NCBI GenBank assembly: GCA_054661495.1
Contig: BAAFSQ010000389.1
Span: forward strand, 1-8,076
DNA: 8,076 nt
Direction of reading: 5' to 3'
From: Zygophlyctis sp. KS116
Lineage: Eukaryota > Fungi > Chytridiomycota
The notes beneath the pieces are model-generated. The model made no database searches. It was not told the DNA's origin and saw only the letters and a program-made list of their open reading frames with translations. Made by a program: the position numbers and the translations under genes. Numbering within the stretch: position 1 is the stretch's first letter; every line of letters starts with the position of its first letter. This document shows, piece by piece, positions 7,902-8,076 of the stretch.

Positions 7902-8076
7902 ATGAGTAGACAAGGAGGAAAATTGAAACCATTAAAGGCTGCTAAAAAAGAGTCCAAGGATTTTGACGAGGTTTTTTATTTATTAGAAATTTACTAGAAT
8001 AGGATGATATTGCTTTTAAAAAGAAACAAAAGGAAGAAGCAGCTAAACTTAAAGAAGCAAAAGATAGGGCTGGGCA
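7902..8076 (+). CDS. TMA7: translation machinery-associated protein 7 (TMA7/CCDC72), 3'-partial; exons 7902-7970, 8003->8076
   Basis: Not present in the ORF track. MSRQGGKLKPLKAAKKESKDFDE|DDIAFKKKQKEEAAKLKEAKDRAG matches the TMA7 pattern MSSRQGGKxKPLK..DxEDIAFKxKQK. One 32-nt intron at 7971-8002. Confidence 0.92.

Noticed and set aside
7757-7957. 66-aa minus-strand ORF with a K/T/S-rich tail
   Set aside because: It is antisense to TMA7 exon 1 and runs into the T-rich repeats, which explains its composition.

Overview
Extremely gene-dense, AT-rich eukaryotic DNA. The proteins look fungal, probably from an early-diverging lineage such as chytrids (inferred, not verified). The ORF track is fragmented by 30 inferred tiny spliceosomal introns: 28 are 24-32 nt (median 27), with outliers of 38 and 67 nt. 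Manual splicing restores six intact genes: a 5'-truncated GT14 (core-2/I-branching, xylosyltransferase-like) glycosyltransferase (+), TAF12 (+), HIR1/HIRA (-), PheRS beta subunit (-), mitochondrial uL15m (-) and 3'-truncated TMA7 (+). Spacers between CDSs are only 80, 2, 40, 20 and 193 nt. Highlights: (1) 3' splice sites appear to be set by distance from a degenerate branch motif, so nearer AGs are repeatedly skipped. (2) HIR1 intron 1 can only be spliced in frame as a non-canonical GT-TG intron. (3) A TCTAG(GTT) motif lies just upstream of four of five visible start codons, either a core promoter element or a splice/trans-splice acceptor. (4) The two over-long introns carry internal structure. 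All intron calls come from reading frame and remembered homologue motifs, with no RNA evidence.
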